Assembly (NCBI GenBank): GCA_964248365.1
Contig: CAXTYC010000014.1
Span: 54,464 to 118,463 of the forward strand
From: an uncultured Chroococcidiopsis sp.
GTDB lineage: Bacteria; Cyanobacteriota; Cyanobacteriia; Cyanobacteriales; Chroococcidiopsidaceae
DNA length: 64,000 nucleotides
Reading direction: 5' to 3'
The notes beneath the pieces were generated by a model. It did not search any database and had not been told where the DNA came from. It saw only the letters and a program-made list of their open reading frames with translations. This document shows, in pieces, positions 30,310 through 41,999 of the stretch (position 1 is the stretch's first letter; every line of letters begins with the position of its first letter). A program made the translations under genes and the position numbers.

Positions 30310-33300
30310 TTACTTGCTATTTTTCACACGAGCTTGACTCAAACGCCATTGCTTTAGCATCTGGGCGCGATTTTGCCGCAAATCTGCACGATTACGTTCT
30401 TCTGGGTAAGGCACATGATCGCCCTTAATCCCAGCCCATAGAACACGGTTGAAGGCATCGGAGTCAAGCTTATCTTCAACTCCAAAGTAGAAGCCTTTAC
30501 TTGCCTGCGCCCACCAATTTTTGTCCTTTAATAAAGGAACAGCAGCCGTTTTCACAGCACTAGGATCTTTACAGGCTGGTACTAGGTTCTCATCGGTGGG
30601 AGACTGGCATAAATTACCAGGAACGATCGCTGTGTATGGTGTAAAATTGGGTTCCTTTGTGAATGCATCTGACATTGGCTCAGCATTGGCATCATTTATA
30701 CCCAGGTAGCCAATGCCTAACAAATCCTCCATTGTTCGCAGCAGACTGACAGTGTTGTAGTTAGTGCTAACAACAGCTTTGCGCCGAGTATAGGGTGAGA
30801 TAATGTAAGCAAGCGATCTGTGCGAATCGACGTGATCGGGTCCGTCTTGGGAGTCATCTTCAATGATAAAAATGGCAGTCTCTTTCCATTGGGGAGTCTT
30901 GGAGATTGCTTCTACAAACTTGCCGACAGCATAGTCATTATCAGCCATTTGCAGTGTAGGAGTATTTAGCCCAGCTACGGCGTTTTTGAAGTCACCAAAG
31001 TGATCGTGGGCAAAACGTACCATCATCAAGTCGGGCATCCCATTCTGCGCGAAGTCACGCGCCCACTCGTTGTATAGGTAGACATCAGGGTTCTTTTGGT
31101 CGAAACTGCGGAAGTAAATGTCAGTTTTATCCTCTAAATCCCCCTTGGCAATTGGAGCTTGAGGAATACCTGATGTGAAGGGTGTTGGCGTAATCGGGAT
31201 GTAGTATGGGTTGTTAGAGTCTGGTCTAGTTGGATCGGATGGATTGGTACTGATATTGTAGTATGCCTGATCGACGAAGAAGCCATAATTGCGTACTGTC
31301 TTGCCCGATCGCAGCGCAGCATCCCAAAGATACCCACCAACAGCATTTTCTTCGAGATCGCCATCTCCCTCTGGGGCGTTCACATCTTTGGCTCCAGGCA
31401 GAATCGAAGACTTGCCAGACGGATCTAGCAACCCTGTCACTCGGACGTTTAACTGTGAGGGATTAGTTGAAGTTTGTGGTAGTGCAATATTAATGTTGCG
31501 GTTAGTTCCTTCATAATCGTAGGTTAAACCATTAAAGCTAGCATTACCATATAAAACTGATTGGCTTTTCTCGGTGTATTCTGTGGTTCGGGCAAAGGTA
31601 GACCAGCTCCAGCCTACACCGCTCGACTCCCCGCTGTCGTAAAAGTTATCGAAAGTTACAAAGTCGCTAGCCAGCTTATGATGATTGGGTGTGACGGGTT
31701 GGGGAAAAAACGTTAGTTCTGGATCTCCATTACCGACGGGCAAATCGCCAAGTACCTGGTCGTAGGTGCGATTTTCTTTGACTATATAGATGACGTGCTT
31801 AATCTTAGTTCGTAGAAAGCTCATCATCGGATCTGGGCGGCGGTTGTAAAAACCGTTATTTTTATCTACCTGCTTTGAGAGAGTAGCTAGGGTTTTGCGA
31901 TCTGGAACAGGAATTACTGCAATACCTGCTTTTTCTAAAGCCCAAGTATACTCGTTCCTGAAAGTGGTGTTTCGTGCTATCCCAGCTGGTGTAGTACGGG
32001 TATTTAGCAAGTTGGTGCTGCTATTCGGATTTGAAGGGTTGGAACCAGAATTGCTTTTAGCATTGACGACGTAGAGGCTTTTTCCATCTCGACTCACACT
32101 CACCGAGTTAGGATACCAGCCTGTGGGGATACGTCCAATTACCCGACCGTTTCTTAAGTTCACTTGTGCGATCGCATTTTCACCACCCAAAGTAACGTAG
32201 AGAGTTCCATCTGGGCTAAGAGCTAGGGAATTTGGATTCGCCCCTTTATACTTTTCACCTGGTCGAGACAGTGAGATTATTTGTACGACGCGATCGCTGT
32301 TTGTATCGATTACCGAAACCGAATCGCTATTACCGTTAGCCACGTACAGCAGTCTAGAGTCAGGAGAAAGCAGGATTTTGTTGGGCTGACTACCCACAGG
32401 AATGCGAGTAATTGCTTTACTCGCAATATCAACAGCAAGCACTTCATCGTCGCGCTGACTGCTAACATAAGCTTTGGCGGCTGCACCGCTTTGGGTGCTT
32501 TTAATAGCAACATCAAAAGGAAACTCCCCAGTTGCAACGTCACTACCTGGGACAAATAATTTGATCTCCTGAAGGATATGGCGAGTGGCAGTATCAACGA
32601 TTGATACCGAGTCATTTTCAAAGTTGGCAGCAACCATTGTTTTGCCGTCTTTACTCACGGCGATTCCCGCTACAACTGCTCCTGTTACTACAGCAGGTTC
32701 GCGATCGCCTGCTGGCGTACCCTTTAGCTGACCGCCGTCGTATTTTGGAAAGGGGGCAGAAGAGTTTGAGTTGTGACCTAGTAGGATAAAGGGAGCATTA
32801 GCGACATACTGATTGCCATTGTTAGTATATACATAAACGCGATCGTCAATCCCACCCGATACGTAGAAACTCTTGCCGGAGGCTGACCAAGCTAAACCGT
32901 TATAGGTATTGGGAATATTAATTTGCTGCTTCTTAACTAAACTACCGCTGCTGACATCAAACACAAACACCCATTCGGCTTTAGGGGTTGTCACATCGCT
33001 TGGCTGTCCAGTCTGCGGATCTAACACTGGATATGTAAATCGGGTTCCAGTCTCTTCATTATTAAAGTTTTGGTTATAGCCACTAGTCAGAACCAGTAAA
33101 GTTTTACCATCTGGACTTAGCGCAGTTGTTACAGCTTCGGCTGCGTTAGCATTATCATCCTTACGCAAACCAGTGGCAAGAGGTGCAAAAGTCGAGTTTG
33201 GTGTCGCTGCGGGTGTAATAATCTGACCTGTGGGTAATAACGCTGCGCCACCCTCTAAGTCACCTACAATACTAGTTGTCCGAGCATTAGCTGCTTGCAT

Positions 33301-33366
33301 ATTAGCACTCAAGGCAGTGGCAGCTAATAGACTCAATATATTCTTCGTATTCTTGCCAGTCAGCAT
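30310..33366 (-). CDS. Secreted YncE-type beta-propeller / phosphoesterase (alkaline phosphatase family) fusion
   Basis: Signal peptide, YVTN repeats (LYVAN, LYVTL, IPTGWYP), IKHVIYIVKENRTYDQ, EDDSQDGPDHVDSHRS. Confidence 0.88.
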   Translation of the reverse strand: MLTGKNTKNILSLLAATALSANMQAANARTTSIVGDLEGGAALLPTGQIITPAATPNSTFAPLATGLRKDDNANAAEAVTTALSPDGKTLLVLTSGYNQNFNNEETGTRFTYPVLDPQTGQPSDVTTPKAEWVFVFDVSSGSLVKKQQINIPNTYNGLAWSASGKSFYVSGGIDDRVYVYTNNGNQYVANAPFILLGHNSNSSAPFPKYDGGQLKGTPAGDREPAVVTGAVVAGIAVSKDGKTMVAANFENDSVSIVDTATRHILQEIKLFVPGSDVATGEFPFDVAIKSTQSGAAAKAYVSSQRDDEVLAVDIASKAITRIPVGSQPNKILLSPDSRLLYVANGNSDSVSVIDTNSDRVVQIISLSRPGEKYKGANPNSLALSPDGTLYVTLGGENAIAQVNLRNGRVIGRIPTGWYPNSVSVSRDGKSLYVVNAKSNSGSNPSNPNSSTNLLNTRTTPAGIARNTTFRNEYTWALEKAGIAVIPVPDRKTLATLSKQVDKNNGFYNRRPDPMMSFLRTKIKHVIYIVKENRTYDQVLGDLPVGNGDPELTFFPQPVTPNHHKLASDFVTFDNFYDSGESSGVGWSWSTFARTTEYTEKSQSVLYGNASFNGLTYDYEGTNRNINIALPQTSTNPSQLNVRVTGLLDPSGKSSILPGAKDVNAPEGDGDLEENAVGGYLWDAALRSGKTVRNYGFFVDQAYYNISTNPSDPTRPDSNNPYYIPITPTPFTSGIPQAPIAKGDLEDKTDIYFRSFDQKNPDVYLYNEWARDFAQNGMPDLMMVRFAHDHFGDFKNAVAGLNTPTLQMADNDYAVGKFVEAISKTPQWKETAIFIIEDDSQDGPDHVDSHRSLAYIISPYTRRKAVVSTNYNTVSLLRTMEDLLGIGYLGINDANAEPMSDAFTKEPNFTPYTAIVPGNLCQSPTDENLVPACKDPSAVKTAAVPLLKDKNWWAQASKGFYFGVEDKLDSDAFNRVLWAGIKGDHVPYPEERNRADLRQNRAQMLKQWRLSQARVKNSK

Positions 33367-33770
33367 TGGCTTTTCCTATCACCAAGATAGTAACTAATAT
33401 ATAGAAAATATTGTGATCTATGGGTTAAGAAAATACTAACAACAGGATAAATAAAGTTAGATTTAATATAATTTAACGAAATAGGCGTACCTGAAGTTGC
33501 TAACATAAATTAACCTGCTATATATACCTAATTACACTTTATATTAATCTAATAATGATAATTTTTAAACAAATACATGAATATAAATCTAGAGATATAA
33601 ATAATTAAAGAGGACAGAAATTTTAGTTTTTCAATAAGACTTAGCTAATTGTTTAGTTATTTAAATTGATTCAAACACACTGTTTAATGAAAGCTACAGA
33701 TGCTATAAAAGTTTAATCGTTTATTCTATAATGTAATTTATGCTTATTCTATGGAATTAGTTTTTAGGTA

Positions 33771-34723
33771 TAGCAATGTTCTTTAAGGTTAGGACGAAGC
33801 TGCCACAGAACGATCAACTTTTTCTCGGAAAGGTTCGCTGCTGGAAGCCATTTTTCTGACTCGGTTTTTAATGGGAAACCATTGATGTTCTATCTCCCGC
33901 GCGGTCGGGAGAATAGGGTGGCAAATACTTAAGGATGCACTGAGCTTTATCAATCAGTTTTTGGATTTTTTCTGACTTATGAAAAGTAGCATTATCTAAA
34001 ATAATTGTTTGACCAGGTGACAGCTTTGGAAGCAAGCTATCTTCAAGCCATTTTTCAAATACCATTAGATTGCATGAACCTTCAAATGTGAGTGGAGCTA
34101 TCAACTTTTCCTGATTTAAAGCTGCTATAATACTTCCTCTTACACTTCTCTTACCTTCTTTCAAACCAAAAAATCTTTTTCCTTTTTCATTCCATCCATA
34201 ATCATAAGTGTCTCGATTATCTATGCCTGTTTCATCCACGTAAATCAGGGTGCCTGGGTCTTTTTGCTGGATGTCAAGTCGGAATGAGTCGCGCAGTTGT
34301 TCATCTCTTTCTTTATAGCCATATGTCTTTTTTTTCGAGTAAAATTAATCTTTTTTAGTCCGCGACTAATTGTATGGCGACTAACTTTCTGTTCCCAGAC
34401 CTCAGCCATCTCTGCTTGGGTAAGTTCGCCGTGAGCTTGTGCAAACTCTCGCAACGAGTCCCAGTTGGGAATTTTATGCCCACTTCCTTTTTGATAGCCC
34501 ATATGAGCTTGAAACTCTTGGGTTGTTTCTCTTCATTTTAGCCACAGGTCGATGGTATTACGACTAAGGGCAAACACTCGACTAGCTTCACTTTTCCTCA
34601 TGCTATTATCAATAGCTTGAATCACTTTTTGGCGTAAGTCATAGCTGTAAGGAGCAGCCATTGTCAATACCTTTTTTGAGCTTTACTTTTTCCATTATGT
34701 CCTAATCCTTATGCTCTTTGCTA
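33771..34723 (-). mobile_element. IS630-family element with inactivated transposase
   Basis: TIRs TAGCAATG...TTAGGAC / GTCCTAA...TTGCTA flanked by TA; ORF from 34661 MAAPYSYDLRQKV, A7 slip site, DETG, DNATFH, LPPYSPD; premature stops. Confidence 0.9.
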
Positions 34724-35102
34724 TAAGTGGCGATCGCACTACTATAAAAAATACCGTAGCGTTGAAGCACTACGAGAATTTATGAGATTAAATTTAACGT
34801 AGGGCTAACTATGCCAAGCTTTGTAGAAATCTGGATAAGTCATATTTTGGGCGCAATGCCAAATGATGTTATAAATAGCCTCGTAGCGATAAGAACTGTT
34901 CTTGTAGTGTTCTCCTAGATAATCTTTTAAGGCTATGACAACTTGAGGCATTTGATCGCTTGGCAATATTTTTCTCAGGTAATTAGCTGTGTATAGGAGC
35001 AAGTCTTCATAATAGAGCCAAGTTTGGGCAAAGCAGATTTCATCGTCATCAAATTCATTGTCATCATTATCCTGATAGGTTTGAATCAATCGGACAAGGG
35101 TA

Positions 35103-35132
35103 GCGATAACTACGCTCACGCTTCGCTAACGC
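35103..35132. repeat. 22-nt SDR5-like insertion in a HIP1 site
   Basis: GCGAT-[AACTACGCTCACGCTTCGCTAA]-CGC. Confidence 0.85.
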
Positions 35133-35760
35133 TATTTCATTACCAAGATCAATTTGCCCTAAACTATAAGCTGCTTCTTGACGAATATCTGTATTCTCAC
35201 TAGTTTGAATTAGTTTAACAAGGGTAGCGATTGCTTTTTCATTACCTGGATCAATTTGTCCTAGACTATAAGCTGCTTCCCTCAAAATAACTTCATCTTG
35301 AGAGGTTTGCAGCAATTGAGTTAAAGCAGCCATTGTAACTTCACTCCCTACACCTATTGCCCTTAACTCAAATGTTGTATTCAAAATAGTCCCTTCATCC
35401 TGAGTGTTTTCCAGTAAATGAACTAGAGTATTGAATGCTGCTACATTACCTGGCTCAAACGCCAACAGGCTTACTGCAACATGACGACGAAGACGCTCAT
35501 TTTCTGTTGCTTCTAGTCTTTGGTTTAGAATGGTAATTGCCGCTTTGTTACTTGAGTCAATTTGCAAAAGATATTCAGCAGCCGTAAAGAAGAGAGATTG
35601 GCTCCCAGTAGCTTCAAGAATTTTAACTAAAGTATTGATCGCAACTACATTACCTGGATCAATTTGCCACAGATCCCTAGCTACTTCCAACAGAACCTCA
35701 TCTGTCTCAAAAAAACCAATGTATACGGCTTTATTCGTCTGTAAGAACTCAACAAGGGTT

Positions 35761-35790
35761 GCGATAACTACGCTCATGCTTCGCTAACGC
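35761..35790. repeat. 22-nt SDR5-like insertion in a HIP1 site
   Basis: GCGAT-[AACTACGCTCATGCTTCGCTAA]-CGC. Confidence 0.85.
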
Positions 35791-36246
35791 ACTTTGACTT
35801 CCCTAACCAATTTGCCCCCAAGTTTTAACTGCTAACCAATAAATGTCTTCATTGGGTGGTGTTTGTATCAGGTAGATTAAAGTAGCGATAACAGTTTCAT
35901 TGCCGCAGCCAATTTCCCCTAAACTACCAATTATATACCAACATTCATCATCAGAAACCTGCATTAACAGTACCAAAGCAGCGATCGCACTCTTATTGCC
36001 CAGATCTAGTTTCCCTAACTTCTCTGCTGCAATGTGGAGAATCGAACGACTTTGGTAGTATGAATCAAATGGGTGTAAGCTGCAATTACCCGCCTTCTAT
36101 CTGTTACTTCCAGTGCGACTCTTGCTGATTCAACCAGTGGTTGCGGATATATCTTCCAGTCTCGCTTATCCTGTCTGAAATAGGCATAGCTCGATTTAAG
36201 GATCTGTTCTACAATTGCATCACCTATACTACAATCTGGAAAGTAG

Positions 36247-36276
36247 GCGTTAGCGAAGCGTGAGCGTAGTTATCGC
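36247..36276. repeat. 22-nt SDR5-like insertion in a HIP1 site (opposite orientation)
   Basis: GCG-[TTAGCGAAGCGTGAGCGTAGTT]-ATCGC. Confidence 0.85.
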
Positions 36277-36599
36277 CTCTGCTGCTAGGAAATAAACGCG
36301 ATATCGATAAAACTCTCCGCAACTGTCGTCAAAGTCTATTGAAACCTTGACAAAATCTTCTTTTTCTGCTTTTGCTACATCTTCTCTTGCAAACCAGTCC
36401 AGAATTTCTGCTTTCCTGAAGTTTAAACCCCAGGCTTGCGGTTCAAAGATGCGATAGACACCTGCGTCTAGATTGTGGGAGTGGTGAAAGAAATAGTGCC
36501 AATCATGCATAGCCTCCTATCCACTTTAGATGTGGTGCGAAAGGAACTGATATTATGATACATCGGTTTCTAGCTGGGTAACTTAGGAGCAAACAAATT

Positions 36600-37103
36600 G
36601 TGCTGAAGATTATTCAAGCTGATTCAAAAGAACATAGCTGTTATATACGAGAACTGTTTCGGGAAAATTTAAGTGAGACTAAGTTGTTGCTTAGCCGCGA
36701 ATTTAACATTAGTTTTGATGTTAATACATTACTAGAGCAACAGATAGCGAAACTCCAACAATTTTCTCCGCCTTCAGGATGCTTACTTTTAGCAGAATAT
36801 CAAGGAAAGATAACAGGTTGTGCTGGCTTGAGAAAGATTGGCGAAAACGTTGGCGAAGTTAAAAGGATGTATGTACAACCTGAGTATCGCAGAAAAGGTA
36901 TAGGTCGGTCTTTATTACAAGCCATCATCACTGAAGCTCGTCAGATAGGTTACTCTCAGATTCGTTTAGACAGCGCCCCTTTTGCCCCCGAAGCACAAGC
37001 ACTGTATTATTCAGTAGGCTTTCAGAATATCAAGCCGTATCTCGAAAGTGAGATTCCTGAAAAATATCATCCACGCTGGGTATTTATGGAAATGGTTTTC
37101 TAA
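36600..37103 (+). CDS. GNAT family N-acetyltransferase
   Basis: EVKRMYVQPEYRRKGIGRSLL, ALYYSVGF; AGGAG RBS. Confidence 0.9.
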   Translation: MLKIIQADSKEHSCYIRELFRENLSETKLLLSREFNISFDVNTLLEQQIAKLQQFSPPSGCLLLAEYQGKITGCAGLRKIGENVGEVKRMYVQPEYRRKGIGRSLLQAIITEARQIGYSQIRLDSAPFAPEAQALYYSVGFQNIKPYLESEIPEKYHPRWVFMEMVF

Positions 37104-37339
37104 AGCTTTGTAGTAAAAATTGTCGCCGTTGGGTCGATTGTGATCAAAAACACATAAGCCGTTAAAACTATTGATAGAAGACACTTGTGGTTGCACTTGC
37201 CTAATCTTTAGTCATCCCATTTCACGACATCTATACTGACCAGAAAAACTGCTGGTCAGCGCTAACTTCTTATTTTCTTGGTAGGCAAAACCGCATGGTA
37301 ATTCACTCGAATGAATTTTACAGCCGAAGGCAACCGCAC

Positions 37340-37666
37340 CCATAATTATCACATCAGCCGAACTGGACGAACCAAGTCCCCAAATCGTCTTTGTCTAACT
37401 CTGCTTTTACTCAGATGACAGGCTACAGCATGGAGGAGATTGCTAGTAAAACACCGCATATCCTGCAAGGATCTAAAACAGATCGCTCAGTCTTAAGTCA
37501 ATTACGTTGTAACCTGTTACAGGGACAATCTTTTCAGGGCGAAATAATAAACTACCGCAAAGATGGTGCTGAATATAACGTGCAAATATATTGCTCTCCC
37601 ATCCGCAACGATCGCGGCGAAATCACCCCTTTTATGTCCATACAAAGGCACAACATGGTTGAATAA
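37340..37666 (+). pseudogene. Isolated, frameshifted PAS-domain remnant
   Basis: IIITSAELDEP /frameshift/ NSAFTQMTGY...NYRKDG...SIQR, similar to the PAS domain at 20015. Confidence 0.7.
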
Positions 37667-37748
37667 TAGCGGTTAGCTATTAGCAGTTACCAGTTACCAG
37701 TTACCAACTACCAACTACCAACTACCAGTTACAGCTAAAAGCTAATAG

Positions 37749-38011
37749 CTATCGCACAATTGGTGCTGATACTATACCCTTGGCTTCCAGATTGGCAGCA
37801 ACTCGTAAAATCAACGCTTCATTTTATGGCTCGAATATTGGGAAGATTCGATGTTATCTGGTAAGGAAAATTCGTTTACCAAAAAGGCGATCGCTTTAAT
37901 TGTGGCAAAATTCTCTATTACCCCGATGCGATATTCTGGGTTGAGTGGCAAATCCAATACCATAGCCATCTGATCTACATATTCAGCTATTGATCATGTG
38001 TTTTTTTCCAT
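37749..38011 (-). pseudogene. Degraded DUF4089 gene joined to the last codons of an AtzE-type amidase
   Basis: EYVDQMAMVLDLPLNPEYRIGVIENF...LVNEFSLPDNIE, then EALILRVAANLEAKGIVSAPIVR*. Confidence 0.55.
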
Positions 38012-38076
38012 TTTTTCAACCTCAGATTCGATATAAATGCTGTCCCAATTAAAGCGATCGTTGACAAGCTAAACTT

Positions 38077-38808
38077 CTAGATCTGATCTGGATCAATGTT
38101 TAACTCTCTCAGTTTAGCGGCTAATCGCTGCGCTCTTTCCTCGGCTTGTTGTTGTGCTGCTTGGGCTTGTTGTTGTGCTGCTTGGGCTTGCACTCTTGCT
38201 GCTGCTTCTTCCTCATAGGTTAAAAGATTTTGCTTTGTCGCTGGATCGTAAAAGCGCATTTCTCCAGATTTCACTCGCAATTCTAGCCCTAATACTTCAC
38301 TGGGTAGCGACAGTGTACCATCTGCCAAAGTATTTGTTGGTACTGGGAAATAATTACCTTCAACTAGGCGTAAACCCTGGAGTTGGGGAGTGAGATAATC
38401 GCCTGTGGGGTCATATTGAAAATATTCACGGATGCCAAGAAAGGCATAAATTCCTTTTTTTGCGCCTTGGTCTTTGGTGCGGGTGGTTTTTGAGGTAATT
38501 TCTAGGACAAAATCAGGTGTTTTATCTTGTTCTTCCCATGTTTTATACGTGCGGCGATCGCGCTTCTCAACTCCAAAAATTACAAATACATCTGGTGCTA
38601 TAACTGATTCTGGATTACCCTGTTCGTAGTAGATGAATAAATTACCTGCGACGTATACATCTGGACGATTTTGGAAATAAAGCCGCAGCGCACTTCGCGC
38701 ATAAATCAGATAACTGCACTGCACATCACCTTCAGCCATCGGTTTACCATCTTCATCTGGATACTCAATCAGAGTTGGGATATATTCCACTGAAATTGTC
38801 ATAGCCAT
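38077..38808 (-). CDS. Uma2 family endonuclease
   Basis: YPDEDGKPMAE, APDVFV, PDFVLEITSK, EYFQYDP; 21-bp QAQAAQQ repeats near the C-terminus. Confidence 0.92.
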   Translation of the reverse strand: MAMTISVEYIPTLIEYPDEDGKPMAEGDVQCSYLIYARSALRLYFQNRPDVYVAGNLFIYYEQGNPESVIAPDVFVIFGVEKRDRRTYKTWEEQDKTPDFVLEITSKTTRTKDQGAKKGIYAFLGIREYFQYDPTGDYLTPQLQGLRLVEGNYFPVPTNTLADGTLSLPSEVLGLELRVKSGEMRFYDPATKQNLLTYEEEAAARVQAQAAQQQAQAAQQQAEERAQRLAAKLRELNIDPDQI

Positions 38809-38923
38809 ATCCCTCAATTCAACTGGGGCTAAACTCAATCTAGCACCTGTATTGCTCGGCTAAAAAGTCATAAAAAAGGATAGGCATCTTGCCTATCCCA
38901 CAAATCATAACAGGGTGAAGAAT

Positions 38924-39919
38924 TTAGAAATTCATCTCAGCAGCTTGGACTTTTTCAACTTGCTTCTTCTTCAGCACTAGCAGCACTTGACATAACATGA
39001 TCGCAGCCAAGAACGCTAGTAACCACTGAATTCGTGTAGAGCTTTGCAGGACGATTTCACCATCATCTTGTCCAAAACCACCCACGTTCGGGTTGTTTGT
39101 TAAAGCTTCACCAGCAGCGACTTTTTGCCCTTCAGAAACGAGCAGTTCTGGTCCTTGGGGAATTTTATCAACTACGTCACCAGATTCAGTCTGGATGGTC
39201 ACTTCGTTTTTGGTTGTGCCATCTTCTTGTTCTGCTTGAGTGATCTTGGTAATTGTGCCAGCAGCGGAGGCATTGTATACGCCGTTGTTGCTCTTTTCAC
39301 CAGTGGGGTAAACTTGACCGCGACCCCGATTACCACCTACATGAACGGCATACTTACCAAAGTGAATATTTTTGTCTTTTGCCGGATCGGGTGAAAGGAC
39401 TGGGAAGACAAGTTCTTGATATTGTTCACCTGGTAATGGTCCTACGATGACGACGTTTTCCTGATCTTCCCTATAGGGTTGGAAATATAAGTCGCCAACT
39501 TTTTCTTTCATTTCCTCGGTCATTCTTTCAGGCGGAGCAATTTTGAAGCCTTCGGGCAACATTAATACCGCACCTACCTGAAGCCCACCTTTTGAACCAT
39601 CGGCGAGTACCTGCTGCACGTTGGTGTCGTAAGGAATTTTTACTACTGCCTCAAATACAGTATCGGGTAGCACAGATTGAGGCACTTCCACTTCTGTAAG
39701 TTTGGCTGCTAGGTGGCAGTTGGCGCAAACAATACGTCCTGTGGCTTCACGGGGAGTTTCTGGGGCTGTTTGCTGCGCCCAGAAGGGATAAGCAGCAGCA
39801 GACTGGGGAAGGGCTAGATCGCTAGTGAAGAAGAAGGTAATAGTGGCGATCGCTAAAATCGCACTCTTCACAATTGCTCTAAAACTACGAGTTAATCTCG
39901 TCGGTAACACTTTTCTCAT
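38924..39919 (-). CDS. petA: Apocytochrome f
   Basis: YPFWAQ, CANCH heme motif, [22 protein letters not shown]. Confidence 0.99.
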   Translation of the reverse strand: MRKVLPTRLTRSFRAIVKSAILAIATITFFFTSDLALPQSAAAYPFWAQQTAPETPREATGRIVCANCHLAAKLTEVEVPQSVLPDTVFEAVVKIPYDTNVQQVLADGSKGGLQVGAVLMLPEGFKIAPPERMTEEMKEKVGDLYFQPYREDQENVVIVGPLPGEQYQELVFPVLSPDPAKDKNIHFGKYAVHVGGNRGRGQVYPTGEKSNNGVYNASAAGTITKITQAEQEDGTTKNEVTIQTESGDVVDKIPQGPELLVSEGQKVAAGEALTNNPNVGGFGQDDGEIVLQSSTRIQWLLAFLAAIMLCQVLLVLKKKQVEKVQAAEMNF

Positions 39920-40024
39920 CTCTTAAGGCAAGGATTGGGGAAGCAACGTCAAATAATACACAAATTGTGGATCTTAAATTCTTGATTTGTAACTTCAATC
40001 TTTAAATCTAAAATCCAAGCATCT

Positions 40025-40567
40025 TTATGCCCACCAAGGGGCTTCGCCTGTACGAAAGTCAGTTTCTGTCCAAGGAGTCAAAGTAATCTTGTCGTCCTCA
40101 ACCTTGGCGTGAACCAGTGCGAGGGACAATGGAGCAGGACCGCGTACTACCTTGCCAGTGTTATTGTATTGGGAGCCATGACAAGGACACATAAATTTGT
40201 TCTCGGCGGCATTCCAGGGAACGACACAACCCAGGTGAGTGCAGATCGCATTGATGCCGTAATCGGCAAGTGCTTGCTCTCCTTCGACCACAATATAAGT
40301 GGGGTCGCCTTTGAGTCCTTGTACCAAAGCGCGATCGCCTACACCTGGATGACTTGCTAAGAATTTATTTACACTCACGTCGTTTCCTAGCTCGTCTTTT
40401 GCGATCACGCCGCCGCCCGATCCAGCACTAGAAGGCGGAATAAAGTACTTGACAACTGGATACAATGCCCCTAGTGCCGTTCCTGTAATTGTCCCAAAAG
40501 TGAGAAAATTCATAAATTGACGACGACCCATATTTGGGACATTCATGGATTCAGAAACTTGAGCCAT
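40025..40567 (-). CDS. petC: Cytochrome b6f Rieske iron-sulfur subunit
   Basis: GRRQFMN Tat signal, CTHLGC and CPCHGS. Confidence 0.99.
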   Translation of the reverse strand: MAQVSESMNVPNMGRRQFMNFLTFGTITGTALGALYPVVKYFIPPSSAGSGGGVIAKDELGNDVSVNKFLASHPGVGDRALVQGLKGDPTYIVVEGEQALADYGINAICTHLGCVVPWNAAENKFMCPCHGSQYNNTGKVVRGPAPLSLALVHAKVEDDKITLTPWTETDFRTGEAPWWA

Positions 40568-40863
40568 ATTTTTCGTTTGCGTGTTTATCTTTGTTTACAA
40601 CTCTAACAATGAGTTTTTTTGAATCTTGCCAACCCTTAAAGGTTAATCGGGCGATCTTTAACATCAGAATTCTGAACACTCAAAAACAAGATTGTTAAAC
40701 TCGCCCATAGCACGACCCACAAGCATGATAAAATTCCTCAGATTAAGGATGTTGCCAGCCTTGTTTAGTGAGGAACATTACATTTCTTTATATTGGTATC
40801 ATACCTGAGTTACGCAGCTTCACCTTGTAACGAAATGTAAAAGGGTTACGGCAAAAAAAAGCT

Positions 40864-41172
40864 ATGACAGGAAAGGATTTACGCCAGCTGCTACTAAATA
40901 AGTGGGGACGCTCATACGATGTCCAGCTGCGACGTACTGGAGGTAAAGTTTTTTTACAAGTAATGTGGAAGTACTTGGAGCAAGCATCTTTTCCTCTGTC
41001 GGAAGCAGAGTATCAGGCACATTTAGATAATGTTGCTAGTTATCTCCATGAATTTGGTGGAGTGGCGATTGTGCAAACATTTATTACTCAAACCCGCGAT
41101 CGCCCTCGTTTAGGTAAAGCAGTTAGCATTCCCTTAGATTTAGGAGAACGCGCCTCTGAATGGCTACTGTGA
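40864..41172 (+). CDS. DUF3067 family protein
   Basis: KWGRSYDVQ, MWKYLEQASFPL, RPRLGKAVSIPLD; divergent from petC. Confidence 0.85.
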   Translation: MTGKDLRQLLLNKWGRSYDVQLRRTGGKVFLQVMWKYLEQASFPLSEAEYQAHLDNVASYLHEFGGVAIVQTFITQTRDRPRLGKAVSIPLDLGERASEWLL

Positions 41173-41559
41173 AGTTAGGGGAGAGGGGGAGAGTGGGGGA
41201 GGGGGAGCAATGAACAATTATCAATTGTTCATTATTCATTGATAATTGTTCATTGTTTATTGATAATTGATTCCTTTTCCCTTTACCGCAATACCTCTTT
41301 ACCCTTTCCCCTTAAGTTATTTACGTGTTTTTACGTATTAGCTAGTATTTTTTTATATTTAAGCTTGATTTTATAAAATCTTAATCATTCACCTCGGTAT
41401 TAGCAGTTAGACTTTACGTTAGTTTTATACAAAACCGATAATTTTATGTAAGTAGGTGGACATAATTAAATATAAGATGCGCTCCTGCCCAAAACCTGGC
41501 AGTAAAAGTCAAGTCCCTTTTCCCTTCTACTTATGAACTGTTACTTGATAAAGCGAAAT

Positions 41560-41860
41560 GTCTATGATAGAAGTACCTAAGTCAAGAAAGTCAGTAGCAT
41601 AATTTACACAGAAAAAACAAAAGCGCGGCTCATGTTGCGTTTGCTAGTAGGTGCAAGAATGCTGTCTTTAAGGGCAGTAGCAGCAGCTATAGGAGTTACT
41701 TCTATCGGGTATCGCCTGACACACATTGTAGTTGAGAATGGATTAATTAACGCTCGAATTGTGCGGCTACAAGCTCCTGTTAGTGGAGATATTAAAGCCT
41801 TATATGCACGACTTGGTTCGTTGGTTAAAACAGGACAAGTACTAGCTCGAATGTTTCCTA
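41560..41860 (+). pseudogene. 5' remnant of an HlyD-family secretion protein
   Basis: GLINARIVRLQAPVSGDIKALY...VKTGQVLAR biotinyl-lipoyl-like half; truncated. Confidence 0.55.
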
Positions 41861-41999
41861 AAATGGGGGCGCGCACGACAGAACTACTGGGCAGCAATGG
41901 CAACGTTTTGCAAAGTTTGACTTTTGTTGCTACTGGTGTTAACGATCAGGAGATTATTGAACAAGCGATCGCGGATCTTGGTTCTAGAGGTGGTACTGT

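Larger units (their letters stand above)
34805..36510 (-). pseudogene. Fragmented HEAT-repeat (NACHT-associated type) gene
   Basis: AAYSLGQIDPGNEKAIATL HEAT repeats, YRIFEPQ and WHCAQNMTYPDFYKAWH; broken by repeat insertions and stops; no NACHT domain present. Confidence 0.8.

Noticed and set aside
33420..33465. Pho box upstream of the phosphoesterase gene
   Set aside because: Only one good CTTAACC unit; the other 11-bp-spaced units are too degenerate in AT-rich DNA.
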